From NCBI RefSeq assembly GCF_009914755.1, contig NC_060939.1: a stretch of 64,000 nucleotides of DNA; one strand, 5' to 3'. Positions within the stretch are counted from its first letter, which is position 1. Each line of letters starts with the position of its first letter. The notes beneath the pieces are model-generated. The model was not told where the DNA came from and did no database searches. It saw only the letters and a program-made list of their open reading frames with translations. The position numbers and the translations under genes were made by a program. Origin of the DNA: the human T2T-CHM13v2.0 reference genome, Homo sapiens. This document shows positions 26,685-40,050 of the stretch, one piece after another.

Positions 26685-27123
26685 GTGGCAGTGCACCATT
26701 TAGCTCTCTTCCAAGAGGAAATGCCAAAGGGAGCAGAGTTGACTGCCAGCCCCAGTTAGCATCCTTGGGGCCTGCCTCCCTATTGGTATCAAGGCCACAC
26801 CTCCCCTGGGCTGCTTGTGGTGGGAACAAGTGCTAGCCCCTTCCTGCTGGACATAGGCTGCCTGCAACAAGCAGCCTTTGCATTCAGGGACTCCTGTGGA
26901 CCTGGCCAGGATTCTCTGAGGAATGTGCTGCAGTCCGAGGAGCTCTGCCCAGTTCTTCCTTCCCTCTCTCCTTTCACAGGTGGCAGGTCAGCACACATGG
27001 TCTGAAGGCTGTCTGCCATCTCCTGTTTCTACCCCCTTATCCTTCACAGTCTTTTCTCCCAACATGTCTCTAGCAAAATCAACCTTGTCTTGGCATCTGC
27101 TTCTCAGAGGACCCAAATTGGCA
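26685..27123 (+). mobile_element. LTR16-family ERVL solo LTR
   Basis: 3' end CTTGGCATCTGCTTCTCAGAGGACCCAAA is typical of LTR16. Confidence 0.65.
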
Positions 27124-27593
27124 TAATTGCTAATCTAAGTGGTTTTGTTTTTATGAAAGGGCTAGATTATTAGTTCATTTTATCTTTGTCTTTCTGTACT
27201 TGAAATCCCAAAAGAAAAAGAAAAAAAAAATGCTTATTTTCAGTTATCAGTGTCAGACTTTTGGCTTCATTAATTGTTGATTTTAGCAAAAACATAAAGG
27301 GAATTTCTGAGATTTTGCTGGTGTGAACTGGGGTGAGGTCTTGGCCTGGGTTCTGGTTTTTATTTTAGCAGTTGCCAATCTGCTTTCACAGGTCCTTATA
27401 TAAAGCAAACACCTCAGCTGTTGCGTTACCTGGCTGTGAATTCCAAGCTTAGAGCTAATCCAAGTTGTCAATGCATATTCTAAAGTATCTAAGTAGTCAT
27501 AGAAGATTGCTGCTAAGAAGTGCTAAAGGCAATTGGAGGGATCTGGACGACCACTACCCAGCAGAAATATAATGTGAGCCACAGAAGTAAATG

Positions 27594-28661
27594 CAGGCAC
27601 ACCTCACTCTATTGTGCTTTGTGTTATTGTGCTTTGCAGATACTGTTTTTTAACAAAGTAAAGACTTCTGGCAGTCCTGCTCAAGTCTATTGCTGCCATT
27701 TTGCCAACACCATGTCCTCATTTTGTGCCTCTATGTCACATTTGGGTAATTCTCACAATATTTCAAACTTTTTTATTATTATTATATCTGTTTTAGTGAT
27801 CCATGATCAGTGATATTTGATGTTACTATCATAATTGTTTTGGGGTGCTATGAACTGTACCCATAGAATACAGTGAACTTCATCAATAAATGTTGTGTGC
27901 GTTTTGACTGCTCCACTGACCAGCCATTCCCTGTCTTTCTCCATCTCCTCAGGCCTTCCTATTTCCTAAGACACAACAATATTGAAATTAAGCCAATTAA
28001 TAACCCTACAGTAGCATGTAAGTGTTCAAGTGAAAGGAAGAGTCACACATCTCTCACTTTAAGTCAAAAGCTAAAAACAATTAAGCTTAGTGAGAAAGGC
28101 ATATCGAAAGCAGAGAAAGACTGAAAGCTAGGCCTCTTACACCAGTCAATTATGAATACAAACGAAAAGTTATTGAAAGAAATTTAAAGTCCCACTCCAA
28201 TAAACACACGAATGATAAAAAAAAAAAGCAAAATTTAAAGTCCTACTCCAGTAAACACATGAATGATTTTTAAAAAAAGCCTTACTGCTGAGGTAGAGAA
28301 AGTTTCAGTGATCTGGACAGAAGATCAAACCAGCCACAACATTCCTGTAAGTCAAAGCCTAATCCAGAGCAAGGCCCTCAACATCAAGACAAGACCATCC
28401 AGCAGCAAAAAGATCACAACTCGCTGAAGGTGCAGATGATCATTAGCATTTTTTAGCAATAAAGTATTTTTAAGTTAAAATATACATATTGTTGTTATTT
28501 TAGACATAATGCTATTGGATGCTTAACACACTATAGTATAGTGTAAACATAACTTTCATGTGCACTGGGAAACGAAAAATCCACGTCACTCACTTTATTG
28601 CAATATTTGCTTGATCGCGATGGTCTGGAACTGAACTCACAATATCTCTGAGATATGCCTG
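27594..28661 (+). mobile_element. Tigger1 with large internal deletion, both TIRs present
   Basis: TIRs CAGGCACACCTC and GAGATATGCCTG; transposase N-terminal remnant KCSSERKSHTSLTLSQKLKTIKLSEKGISKAE (ORF 27873-28124); deletion junction near 28380. Confidence 0.92.
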
Positions 28662-28687
28662 AATAGCCACATGTGAAAAAAGAAGAA

Positions 28688-28820
28688 GGCCAGGCATGGT
28701 GGTTCATTCCTGTAATCCCAGCACTTTGGGAGGCTGAGGAAGGAAGACTGCTTGAGCCCAGGAGTTTGAGACCAGCCTAGACAACATAGCGAGACCTCGT
28801 CTCTAATAAAAAAAAAAAAA
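28688..28820 (+). mobile_element. FLAM_C (free left Alu monomer)
   Basis: Single 130-bp monomer with GCTTGAGCCCAGGAGTTTGAGACC and A tail. Confidence 0.85.
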
Positions 28821-30570
28821 ATTAAATTAAAAATTAAAAAATGGAAAACAAAACAGATAAACTTCATTTTAATCTAATTATTACAACTGTAATAATTAAT
28901 TTTAATAATGGTACATTTAACCCAATACATCAAAAATATTATCATTTCAACATGTAACCATATTTAAGTGTTATTGGTGAAATAGCTTACTTTTTTTTTT
29001 TTTTTTTACACTAAGTCTATAGACAAGCTACGTTTCTTTCAATGCTCAATAGCCACATGTGGCTAGTGGCTACCATGTTCAGCAGTGCATATCTAGGTAC
29101 TCCCAGGTTTGAGAAATAATATTTGGATATGGAGCAGCTGACAAGCTATTTCCTGGTGTTCCCATAAACTGGTTATAGCGCTACACCTACCCCCAATGGA
29201 GAATTTGTCAAATCATTACCCGAGGGGATTTTTATTCAGGACTTTTCTCCCATTTGCTAGGAAATCTAAAATATTCATTTTGAAATAAAATATTCCTTGG
29301 ATGGAGTTTTAGGCACATTTCAGATATTAGCTCCCATAATTATTTTAAATAAGTCTTTATAGCTAATCAAGTGTACAAAACCATGAGGCTATTTTCTTTT
29401 TGCAAACATGTCTAATCCTAGAGCTCTGGCAGTTCCTCATTAAGTGAGTCTGATTTCTTCTGTCCCCTTCTGCAAAGTGGCAACTGCCCACCCTCTCCTG
29501 GCCATGTATGCCCTCAGCAGAAACCACCACTCTTGACCTTGACTACTGTAAGAAAGTACTATGAAATTAAGATTCTTTTAACTGGAATCATCCATTTAAA
29601 ACCTACTTCACACGAGGCAAGTATTGGGTAAGTATTTGCCTATGCATTTTCTCACTTAATTTTCAGCCTTACGTTATTATTTCCATTTTATAGTTTAAAG
29701 AAATTGAGTTTCTAAAAGCTAAGTAACTTGGCCAGTGTCACATTGCTAATCACTCTACATTCCTTTAAAAGTTGGCATTGGGAGACTGATAGTCTGAACC
29801 AATTTACAATGTTGATGGCACTGTAAATTGATTCAATCTTTTCTGAGATTAACTTGGCAATGTTTAACAGCAATAAAATGGTCCATGCCCTTTTATACAA
29901 TTATTTTGGCATTTATTCTGAGAGTAATACATGCACATCCTCCTGTATACTTTAAGCCATTTCTAGATTACTTTTAATACACTCACATATCAACTTGTGC
30001 AAAGATGTTTCTGACAGAGAATTAAACACCCCAAACTTTTTCACTTATTTAACAAATATTTATTGAATACCTGCTATGTGCTAAGCAAGGATTCAGCAGG
30101 AGAAAAAAAAATTAAAGAACAAAGATGATCTCTGCTTTCATGAAGAAGTTTCATGCACAATTATCTTGAGTGCAACAGAAGAATGAATAATGAAAGCCAA
30201 GTACATAATGTTGAATTGTCTAGTAGTCTAATAGCTACATTAAAAAGGTAAGAAGAAACAAGAAAAATTACTTTAAATAATATATTTTATTTAACCCAAT
30301 ATATTCAAAATATTATTTCAACATACAATCAAACATAATAAATCAATTAATAATATAGTTTACATTCTTTCTTTCATATTAAGCCTTCAAAATCTGGTGG
30401 CTATTTTATACTTAAAGGACATCTCGATTTGAACACCAAATTTTCATCAGAAATACTAAATTTGTATTTAGATTTTATAAAATATACCATTAAAAAATAG
30501 ATTCATATAACCAAAGTGTTCTAAACACATTTAAAAGTTTCGAAATAAGTCAATCAAACATCAAAAATAA

Positions 30571-30870
30571 TTTTTTTCTTTTTATTTTTTTGAGACAGAG
30601 TCTTGCTGTCTTGACCAGGCTGCAGTGCAGTGGCATGAAGTCTGCCGGCTGCAACCTCCACCTTGCTGGTTCAAGCGATTCTCCAGCCTCCTGAGTAGCT
30701 GAAACTACAGGCATGCACTACTACGCCCTGCTAAATTTTTTTGTATTTTTAGTAAAGAAGGGGTTTCATCATGTTGGCCAAACTGATCTCGAACTCCTGA
30801 ACTCAGATGATCCGTCTGCCTCAACCCCCCAAAGTGCTGGGATTACAGGTGTGAGCCACCATGCCTGGAC
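30571..30870 (-). mobile_element. Alu (diverged AluS)
   Basis: Full antisense dimer. Confidence 0.92.
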
Positions 30871-31124
30871 CCAATTTTATTTTAATATTTGCATCTACAT
30901 TGGCCAAAATAGCTCACCTTTTTTTAGAAGAAAAAGTGTACCCATTTTAAATAAACTTTTGTCCAAGTTAGGTAAATTCACCAACTCTTGGGTCAGCTCA
31001 GTCTCACTGGCATGAACTCAAAAGAATAATATATAAATAAATAGGAAAAGAATTCTAAATGTATCAATATGAACAAAATGTCTTCCCAGTTTTTCTAGAA
31101 AAGAGACTTTTTGCAACCAATTTA

Positions 31125-31442
31125 CATAGTACTCCAGGACCCTCCAGAGGATATGAATATCTATGGCTGCCCAAGTCCCTGATATAAAATGAAGTAGTAT
31201 TTGCATACAACCTATACACATCCTCCTGTATAATTTCAGTCACTGATACATTACTTATAATACCTAATACAATGAAAATGCTTGCAGATAATTATTTTAC
31301 AGTGTATTGTTTTTAAATTTGTATTACTTTTTATTGTTGTATTGTGATTTTTATTCTTTCCCAAATATTTTCTATGTACTGTCCATTGAATCTGCAGATG
31401 ACATTGTAAGCTGGTTCAACCTGAGAATATAGGCCAACTGTA
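31125..31442. mobile_element. MER2 (Tigger-family MITE)
   Basis: CAAGTCCCTGATATAAAATG..GTATTTGCATACAACCTATACACATCCTCC; ends GGCCAACTG-TA. Confidence 0.8.
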
Positions 31443-31516
31443 CTTTCTTTTTTGGTTTTAAAATTTTGTTTTATTGTGGCAAGAACATTTACCATGAGAT
31501 CTACCCTCTTAATAGG

Positions 31517-31915
31517 TTTTTGTTTGTATTTTGTAGAGAGAGACAGAGTCTGGCTTTGTCACCCAGGCTGGACTGTGGTGGTATAATCATAGCTCACTGC
31601 AGCCTTGAACTCTTGGAATTAAGGGATCTTCCTGCCTCAGCCTCCTGAGTAGCTAGAGCTATGGATATGTACCACTACACCACTACGCCTGGCTAGTTTG
31701 TTGTGTGGTTTTGGTATTTTGGTAGGGTTTCTTGCTGTTGTTGTTGTTTGTTTTTTCTTTTTGTTTTTTCTTTTTTTGGTTTTGGTTTCTGTTTTTTTGT
31801 AGAGACAAAGTCTTGCTCCGTTGTCCAGGTTGGTCTTGAACTCCTGGTCTCAAGCAGTCTTCCCACTTCAGCCTCCCGAAGTTCGGGATTATAAGCATAA
31901 GGCACGCGCCTAGCC
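31517..31915 (-). mobile_element. AluJ with an expanded GT/T-rich middle linker
   Basis: Both arms present, separated by about 110 bp of (TTG/TTTG)-rich sequence. Confidence 0.88.
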
Positions 31916-32587
31916 CCTGTACTTACAGTTACAATTTAAATCTTCTGCACTTGATTTATGTTAGAAAAAAGATGTAAAATTGTTATCATTGGTTTGAATT
32001 ATGAAAGTCTTCAATTTCAACATAAATTTTTGTGCCTGTCTAATTAGGTCACAAATAAGCTGTTCCTTTACTTGAAACTTCAAATTTAGCTTGTTCATAT
32101 GCAGTGTAACATTGAAGAGAAAACACAAATCACATTACCATTTTGTGTCTTTGACTATTTGGCAAGTATTCCTTTGGTTTCAAGAAAATCTTGAATTGGA
32201 TCTAACAGTACAGCAAATCTTTGTAAAACTCTTCCACGACTCAATCAACCAGTATTGGCAAAGAACACAGGATCGTTAAATTCATCATCTTCTATTTCTT
32301 TCAGTGGTTCCACAGACTGGTGATGATTCATAGCTTTTGCACATATACTGAACAATCTTAACAACTGCATCCATACAGCTTTCATAGTCTCCTTCAGAAA
32401 ACTGAGCACATGTAGTTTCAGTAATACGTATTACATCATGGAATTAAGAATTAAGGGAAACATCAATCTCTTATTCCAAGATTCTAATAAATCTACATTT
32501 TTAAACTGATGTAACTAGATCACAATTACAACAGAAGCTAATTTTTTCATATCTAAATGAATTTCTTTGATAGCTATAAGAGATTCA

Positions 32588-32900
32588 CGCAAGGACAGAA
32601 AACCAAACACCACATGTTCTCACTCACAGGTGGAAATTGAACAATGAGAACACTTGGACACAGGGCAGGGAACGTCACACACCGTGGCCTGTCGGGGGAT
32701 TGGGGGCTGGAGGAGGGATAGCATTAGGAGAAATACCTAATGTAAATGACGAATTAATGGGTGCAGCAAACCAACGTGGCATAAGTATACATATGTAACA
32801 AACCTGCACATTGTGCACATGTACCCTAGAACTTAAAGTGTAATAATAAAAAAAAAAAGAAGAAGAAAGTAAAGATTAGAAAGGTGAAGCAAAAAAAATA
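32588..32900 (+). mobile_element. Short L1PA5/6 3' end insertion
   Basis: 3' UTR ...CCCTAGAACTTAAAGTGTAATAATAAAA; TSD AGAGATTCA at 32579-32587 and 32902-32910. Confidence 0.9.
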
Positions 32901-34129
32901 GAGAGATTCAAAGAAATTCATGCCTTGAGTTCAACTTTTTAGGGCACAAATTCACATTTCTTTGTAAATTTGGAAGTCGTTTGAGAAGAAAGTTGTCTAA
33001 GTGCTAACTGAACAGTGTCTTTTACATCACTGAGCTCATCGAAACCTGGAGAAAAGTACTTGCAGTTTTTCAAATTTGAATCAATTTATCTTTGATATTA
33101 TTAAATGGTCTTATATTCTACTAACAACTGTTTGGTGGCTTAATTGAAGATCTTTCACTTTTTATAAAATGGTATTTTTAGTCTTTTCCATTATCATTTC
33201 CAACAAATTTTCATAACTGAGATAATTTATTTTACTCTTTGTCCACCTAAAAGTGATTTCCATTTTCGTTCAAGAATCCAAGCCATTTTAAAGATAACCA
33301 AAGGCACACACTCAGATAATGCTGAAAATTTTTTTAAAATTTTATTGGACATTTACTTCTTATTTCAGGTGTCTGAGTTCATTGATTCTTTTTTGGCTAT
33401 TCAGAGGAAAGTTCTTATCAAATTCACTGTGCATTTCCTGCAAATTTCTCTTAATATTACTCACTTTATTATTTTTAAATGTTTTATACAATAATAGCTT
33501 TTGCATTTTGCTCTGCCATAGCAAACTGAGACTGCCCTGAAATCTAAAATTTGCTCCAATCTTTTTTTTACTGTTCTAGTCACAATATTAGCTTCTGCAT
33601 CTCCACTAGATTCCATGACAGTAGTATGTCTTCATTTTTAATTTAAATTTTTATCTATACTTAACTAGAAAACCAACTTAATGATATTACAATTAAATGC
33701 AATAATGTTAAAAAGTTTAACAAAACTTATTACTAATTACAGTTTACACTGTAACTCATGTTGCCTGCATGAAATATTCAAATAAACACAAGTTAAATCA
33801 GATACAAAGAAAGAAATCATTCAAACTGAATTACCTGCCTGACACCCACTAGATCAGTGAGGTATTTGTGTTGACTACAAGATCTTAGGCGATGTAATGA
33901 ACTGTCCTACCAAAATAATAAAGTTGTGTTTAACAGAAAAGTATTTGATACTGCTTCAGCTTTTAACTTAGATTAATTTAAATAAAATGAATAATTCTGT
34001 TCCTCAGTCACCCCAGCCACATATCAAATGCTCAGTAACTACTGTGACTGGTATTAGGTGGCGCAGCTCTGGTGGGAGGCAGGGAGAAGGTCCGAGCCAG
34101 TGGGCGAGGGCTTGCGTTTCCTTGAGGTT

Positions 34130-34295
34130 CCGGGAGTTGGGAGGGGAGAAAAAGCATTTTGAATGAGGCTTCTGGCAGCCCCCTTCACTTCAATCACGGT
34201 TGGCTCCACTTTTATGTTTTACTCGTTGGATGCCCATATAAGATTTAGTTGGAAGAAAGCATTTCACTGTTTTTCTTTAAGAGTTTGAAACCAAA
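34130..34295. mobile_element. MER103C-like hAT fragment
   Basis: CTCCACTTTTATGTTTT..TAAGATTTAGTTGGAAGAAAG..AGTTTGAAACCA. Confidence 0.5.
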
Positions 34296-34462
34296 CTTGG
34301 GTTCTCTATTTCCTTGCTTCTCTGACAGGGAGAACCTCAGCATGGTTCGGAAAGGCAGGTCTCAGGCTCCACTCTAGGTGATTCACGTGCGCATTAAAGT
34401 TTAGGAAATATTGGACTACATGTTTTTTTTCAGCCCAATGATCTCCTTTCCCTATGCTTCTT

Positions 34463-34492
34463 ACACACACACACACACACACACAGAGAGAC
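34463..34492. repeat. (AC)n microsatellite
   Basis: Seen directly. Confidence 0.9.
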
Positions 34493-34744
34493 AGTGTGTT
34501 TTACCGAGGAATTAGCCCATCATGATACCATAGTCAAACTCTGGCATTTTAGAAGCAATCACAAATCAGGGACGACAGCCCTTAGAACTTCCTTCGGCGC
34601 TGTGACCCATGCAGAGCTCCCCAGGATCCTGAATCATAGCCCCAGCACTTCCCTCAGACTCCTGAAGCTGCTGTGCCTGATGGAGCCCCCAGAAGCACTG
34701 TTCTTAAGGCAGACTCTTCAGCGACTTTACAGAGGGAGTGTGCT

Positions 34745-34945
34745 GAATGTTTAAAAGAATGAACCCTGGAGCCAAATTGAGCACCTTGAAATCCCAGCTC
34801 TACCATTCTAGCTCTGTGGCCTTGTTAATGCTTCGTTTGTCTCATCTATAAAATGGGAATAAGAATAGAATGTGCATAAAGGGCTGATAAAATAATATGG
34901 GTAAAGCATTTAGAACAGCGCTTGGCACATAGTAAACACTATGTA
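34745..34945 (+). mobile_element. MIR SINE
   Basis: AATCCCAGCTCTACCA..CTCATCTATAAAATGGGAATAA..GTAAAGCATTTAGAACAGCGCTTGGCACATAGTAA. Confidence 0.85.
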
Positions 34946-36225
34946 CACCATATAAACATCAATCAGCCTCTGCATATTTTTCACAATTTTTAATATAAGG
35001 AAAATTAAATTTGCAGGATTTTCCTTAAATAATTTCCTATCTCTGGGCAAAGGAGAGATTTACCTGCTATAAATGGCCCATCAGAGGTGTTTTAAATGCT
35101 TGTTGAATAAATGAGTGCATGAATAAACAAATAATGGATTGGAATGGGATGATGATTTGATGTCCACACAAGCTCAGAATTCCAGCACTGTCTTCCAATC
35201 TTGAGTCCTTCCTGTGAACCTAACTTTGTTTTATCTGGTTTTTTTCCTCCTGGCTGTTAACCCCTGAGCTTTCCAAGAATCATTAGAGTGGAACTTCAAT
35301 GAATGCTTTTCATAAATGAAAAGATTCCAAGCCTACAGTCAGCAAAGCTCCCAGCACATGCAAAAGCAAAGCTAGGGGTTTTTTATTTACGTAAATTCAG
35401 AATATTGAAATGCAAAGTGAGGCAAAAGTAAAACATAAAAAATGTTAAGAAAAAAAAGGCTGGAGACACTTTGCTGTCACCTTATTAAAAGAACTTTCAT
35501 TATTCCTTCTCATTATTCTTTCCTAAGTGGCTGTAGTGTAATTCAGCTTTCAATTTCCTCTAATGGGTTCATGATGGCCAAAATGAGGGGAATCCCTCTT
35601 CCGTGTAATGTGTCCAGGTCTCTGAAAGCGTGTAGCTTGCCCAGTTTGAGGAATCCAATGTCGGTTGTGATATGGGGTAGGTGGAAGGGAAGATTAGGGA
35701 GGATTCTCTTTCATGTACACACCTATTCTGAACCATCTCCTGGGGAAGATTCTTCAAAGAAAGAAATTGGAGGTCCCTGGCTCCTCTCTCCAAATTTCCT
35801 GAGAAAATTGCAAAGTAGATTGTCTCTGGAAAAGAAGGGAAGAACATGAGAAAGAAGGCTTGTTGCTGAGAACAAAAAACTGAACAGGAGAATGGGGTTA
35901 GGCTGGAATGTTTTAATTCTATTTGCTGGAAGCATGAAGGCTTCCTGGAGCTAGAACTGAAAATAAGCACCAGGTAATCTGGAATGGCCACGGTCAAAGA
36001 GCTTGGCTTACCAAAAGTCTCGAAGCTCCCACAAGGATGAAGTAGGGGACATGCTAGCCCTGAAGTTAGGAAGATATCCTAATCACTCTTTTTTTATTGT
36101 TTCCTACTAGGCTGTAAGCAATTCAAGGGCAGGGATGCATGTCTTTGTCATTTGTATATCCTTTGTCATCTGTATATCCTTTGGTACCAAACACATAGGA
36201 CATATTCTGAATGCTTTTGAGTAAA

Positions 36226-36818
36226 TGTAAGAAACAAACACACCCATCCAAACCCAAAGAATAGACTCAGAGACCTGGAGAACAGCAGAAGCAAGACTTT
36301 TTAATGATGATCTTGCAAGATCGAGTGTCTGGTGGGCAGACATACCCAGCACAGTTACAACAAGCAATTTATGCCCTAGTATGCAGGTCCCTCCCGCAGT
36401 TCCTCATAGGCTGAGTACTATGTGGGTCACAATCTTCCCAGATGTTGCCTATTGATTGTTGAGTAAGTGGCTTTAGGTGTTTTCTTTAGGGTTTTCTTGC
36501 TGCATTTTGTTGCAGCCCACAATGCATTGCAATCTTAGTTAGCTCAGGGGCTTTTCAAGTATTTGAATTATGACCTAGTTAGCTGGGCAGGCTGATAAGA
36601 ACAGGCAAAGCGAGCTACTTTGCAAGTTAGTAAACTTCATTTTAGACTAAACTTCTTTGGTCTGGGTGAGGGCACCTAAGGGAGTGGGGCCCGACAAGCA
36701 GGCATTGGCTATCCAAGCAGGGCCTAGTATATCCTGTTTCTTCTGTAGTTTGCTGACCTAAGCTGACTCAGGGCACTTTATCTTGGAAATGGACCACTGT
36801 ATACATTATTTCCTTCCA
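36226..36818 (-). mobile_element. ERVL solo LTR, LTR18B-like, inserted in an L2 3' end
   Basis: TG...CA termini; minus strand starts TGGAAGGAAATAATGTATACAGTGGTCCATTTCCAAG; subfamily from recall. Confidence 0.7.
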
Positions 36819-36855
36819 TAAATAAATGACTTAATGTAGACAAATACTCAAGTAG

Positions 36856-37550
36856 TGTTATAGGTAGTTAGGCATGAGCGGGGCAGGAGCAGGCTCTACC
36901 CCCGTGCACTAGAAATGTCAGGTGATGGTTTGGCAATGATCACATGACCTCTCTAAAAGTGACAAATTGGCAGCCAGCTGGGGAGAGGACATTTTCTGAT
37001 GGTCCATACCTTTTAACATTGAAGTTTTAATTAAAGACAGACCCCAGGGAGAAGAAACTTCCTGGACATGCACATTAGAGACAAAAATGGCAAAGTATAA
37101 TATTCCGGCTACACTCCACCAGAAAAAGGAAGAAAGCCTCAGATGAGCATGCATAAAACTTCCTAAACACATTGGGTGTGCTCACTTCCCAAGGGTAAGG
37201 AGGGCTCTGCGCATGCAGAAAGCCACCCTAGGGGAAGAATCATGGGAAAGAGGCGAGCCTATAAAAGTCCTAGGATCACAGCTAAAAGGGGCATTTAAGC
37301 TTCTTTTTTTCTCTTTGACCTTCAAGTGCCCACCTGGATCTCTTCCAAGGGTTCTTTCTTTTCTTTCCTGTACTAAAGCCTTTTTAATAAACTTCCACTC
37401 CTGCCCTGGAACTCATCTTGGTCTCTTTTTCTGCTTTCGGCCCCTCAGTTGAATTCTTTCTTTTGAGGAGGAAGAATTGAAGTTGCTGCAGGTGTGTACG
37501 GATTCCCCGCTGGTAACTCAGGGTAACTCAGACCTCTTCCACCATTAACA
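36856..37550 (+). mobile_element. ERV1 solo LTR, LTR9/MER50-like
   Basis: TGTTATAGGTAGTTAGGCATGAGCGGGGCAGG start, TATA (CCTATAAAAG at about 37258), AATAAA at about 37386, TAACA end. Confidence 0.8.
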
Positions 37551-37744
37551 ATAGGGCATCAAGCACTGTGAAGGACTGGAACCCTCGGATCAAGTCCTGG
37601 GTCTCAAGAGCCAAAGCTGAGCATTGGAGAGGATGCGCTGGCCCTTGGCAGTGGGATTTATGGGAGGAAAACCTGGAAGCTGTGCCCTCTGCAAAGAGTT
37701 AGTGACTTGAACAACGTAGAGGAGAGTAGGGAGAGTTAGCGGTA

Positions 37745-37803
37745 TGTATCAGTCAGGATTCTCCAGAGAAACACAACCAACTATATATATATATGTGTGT
37801 GTG

Positions 37804-37855
<52 letters not shown>

Positions 37856-38320
37856 GATAGAGAGAGAGAGAGATGAGAGGGAATGTATTGGGGAATTAGC
37901 TCATGCAATTATGGAGGCTGACTATAATATGGAGGACTGAGACAGTGTAACCCTCAATCCGAGGTTGAAGGCCTACGAACCCAGGGAACGCTGGTGCAAG
38001 TCCCAGAATCCAAAGGCCAGAGAACCTGGAGCTCTGATGTCCAAGGGCAGGAGAGCTGAAAGATTTCCTACCCCAGCTCCAAGAAAAAGTGAGAGAGAGA
38101 ATTTGCCTTTCCTCTGGCTTTTTGTTCTATCCAGACCCTCAGCCAATTGGATGGTGCCCACCCACATTGGGTGGGGCTGAATCTCCCTTACTCAGTGCAC
38201 TGACACAAATGCCAGTCTCTTCGGGAAACACCCTCACAGGCTTACCTCAAAATAATGCTTTACCAGCTATCTGGGTATCACTTAACCCAGTCAAGTTGAT
38301 GCCTTAAATTAGCCATCACA
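37745..38320 (-). mobile_element. MLT2B-type ERVL solo LTR with internal (TA)/(TG)/(AG) microsatellite at 37778-37873
   Basis: TGTATCAGTCAGGATTCTCCAGAGAAAC...CCAGTCAAGTTGA..AAATTAGCCATCACA. Confidence 0.88.
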
Positions 38321-38566
38321 GAGGTCCCAAACCGCAGATACCCACAGGCCATTGTGTGAGGAGGGAGCCTTTACTGCAGTGTGTGCAGGCAAATAAAGGG
38401 CAGCGAGGAGCTGCAAATGGTGTGGGCTGGACCCCAAGGGCCTGCAGAGTGGCTGGGGCTGCCTGTGCTTCCTAGGAATTCAACGCTGCGGCAGAGGAGG
38501 GCTGGGCTCCTTGTGGGTATCATGTTGAGATGGCGCCCAAAGCAATTGAGTAATCAGGATTCTTCA

Positions 38567-40050
<1,484 letters not shown>

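Larger units (their letters stand above)
27557..29090 (-). mobile_element. MER33/MER3-type Charlie MITE interrupted by Tigger1 and a FLAM
   Basis: GAAATATAATGTGAGCCACA (27564-27583) ... CTCAATAGCCACATGTGGCTAGTGGCTACC (about 29045-29075). Confidence 0.7.
30220..34068 (-). mobile_element. Near full-length Charlie5 hAT transposon fossil with nested insertions
   Basis: MER33/MER3-like ends; minus-strand 33069-33001 translates KNCKYFSPGFDELSDV-(frameshift)-DTVQLA, like the hAT catalytic FSLxxDESTDxxxxxQL motif. Confidence 0.75.

Noticed and set aside
29930-29980. Isolated ~50-bp MER2 piece as a templated copy of the MER2 at 31.2 kb
   Set aside because: The two differ at many positions; an independent MER2 remnant explains it equally well.
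36143-36178. 18-bp tandem duplication in an L2 remnant
   Set aside because: Ordinary slippage duplication with one mismatch.
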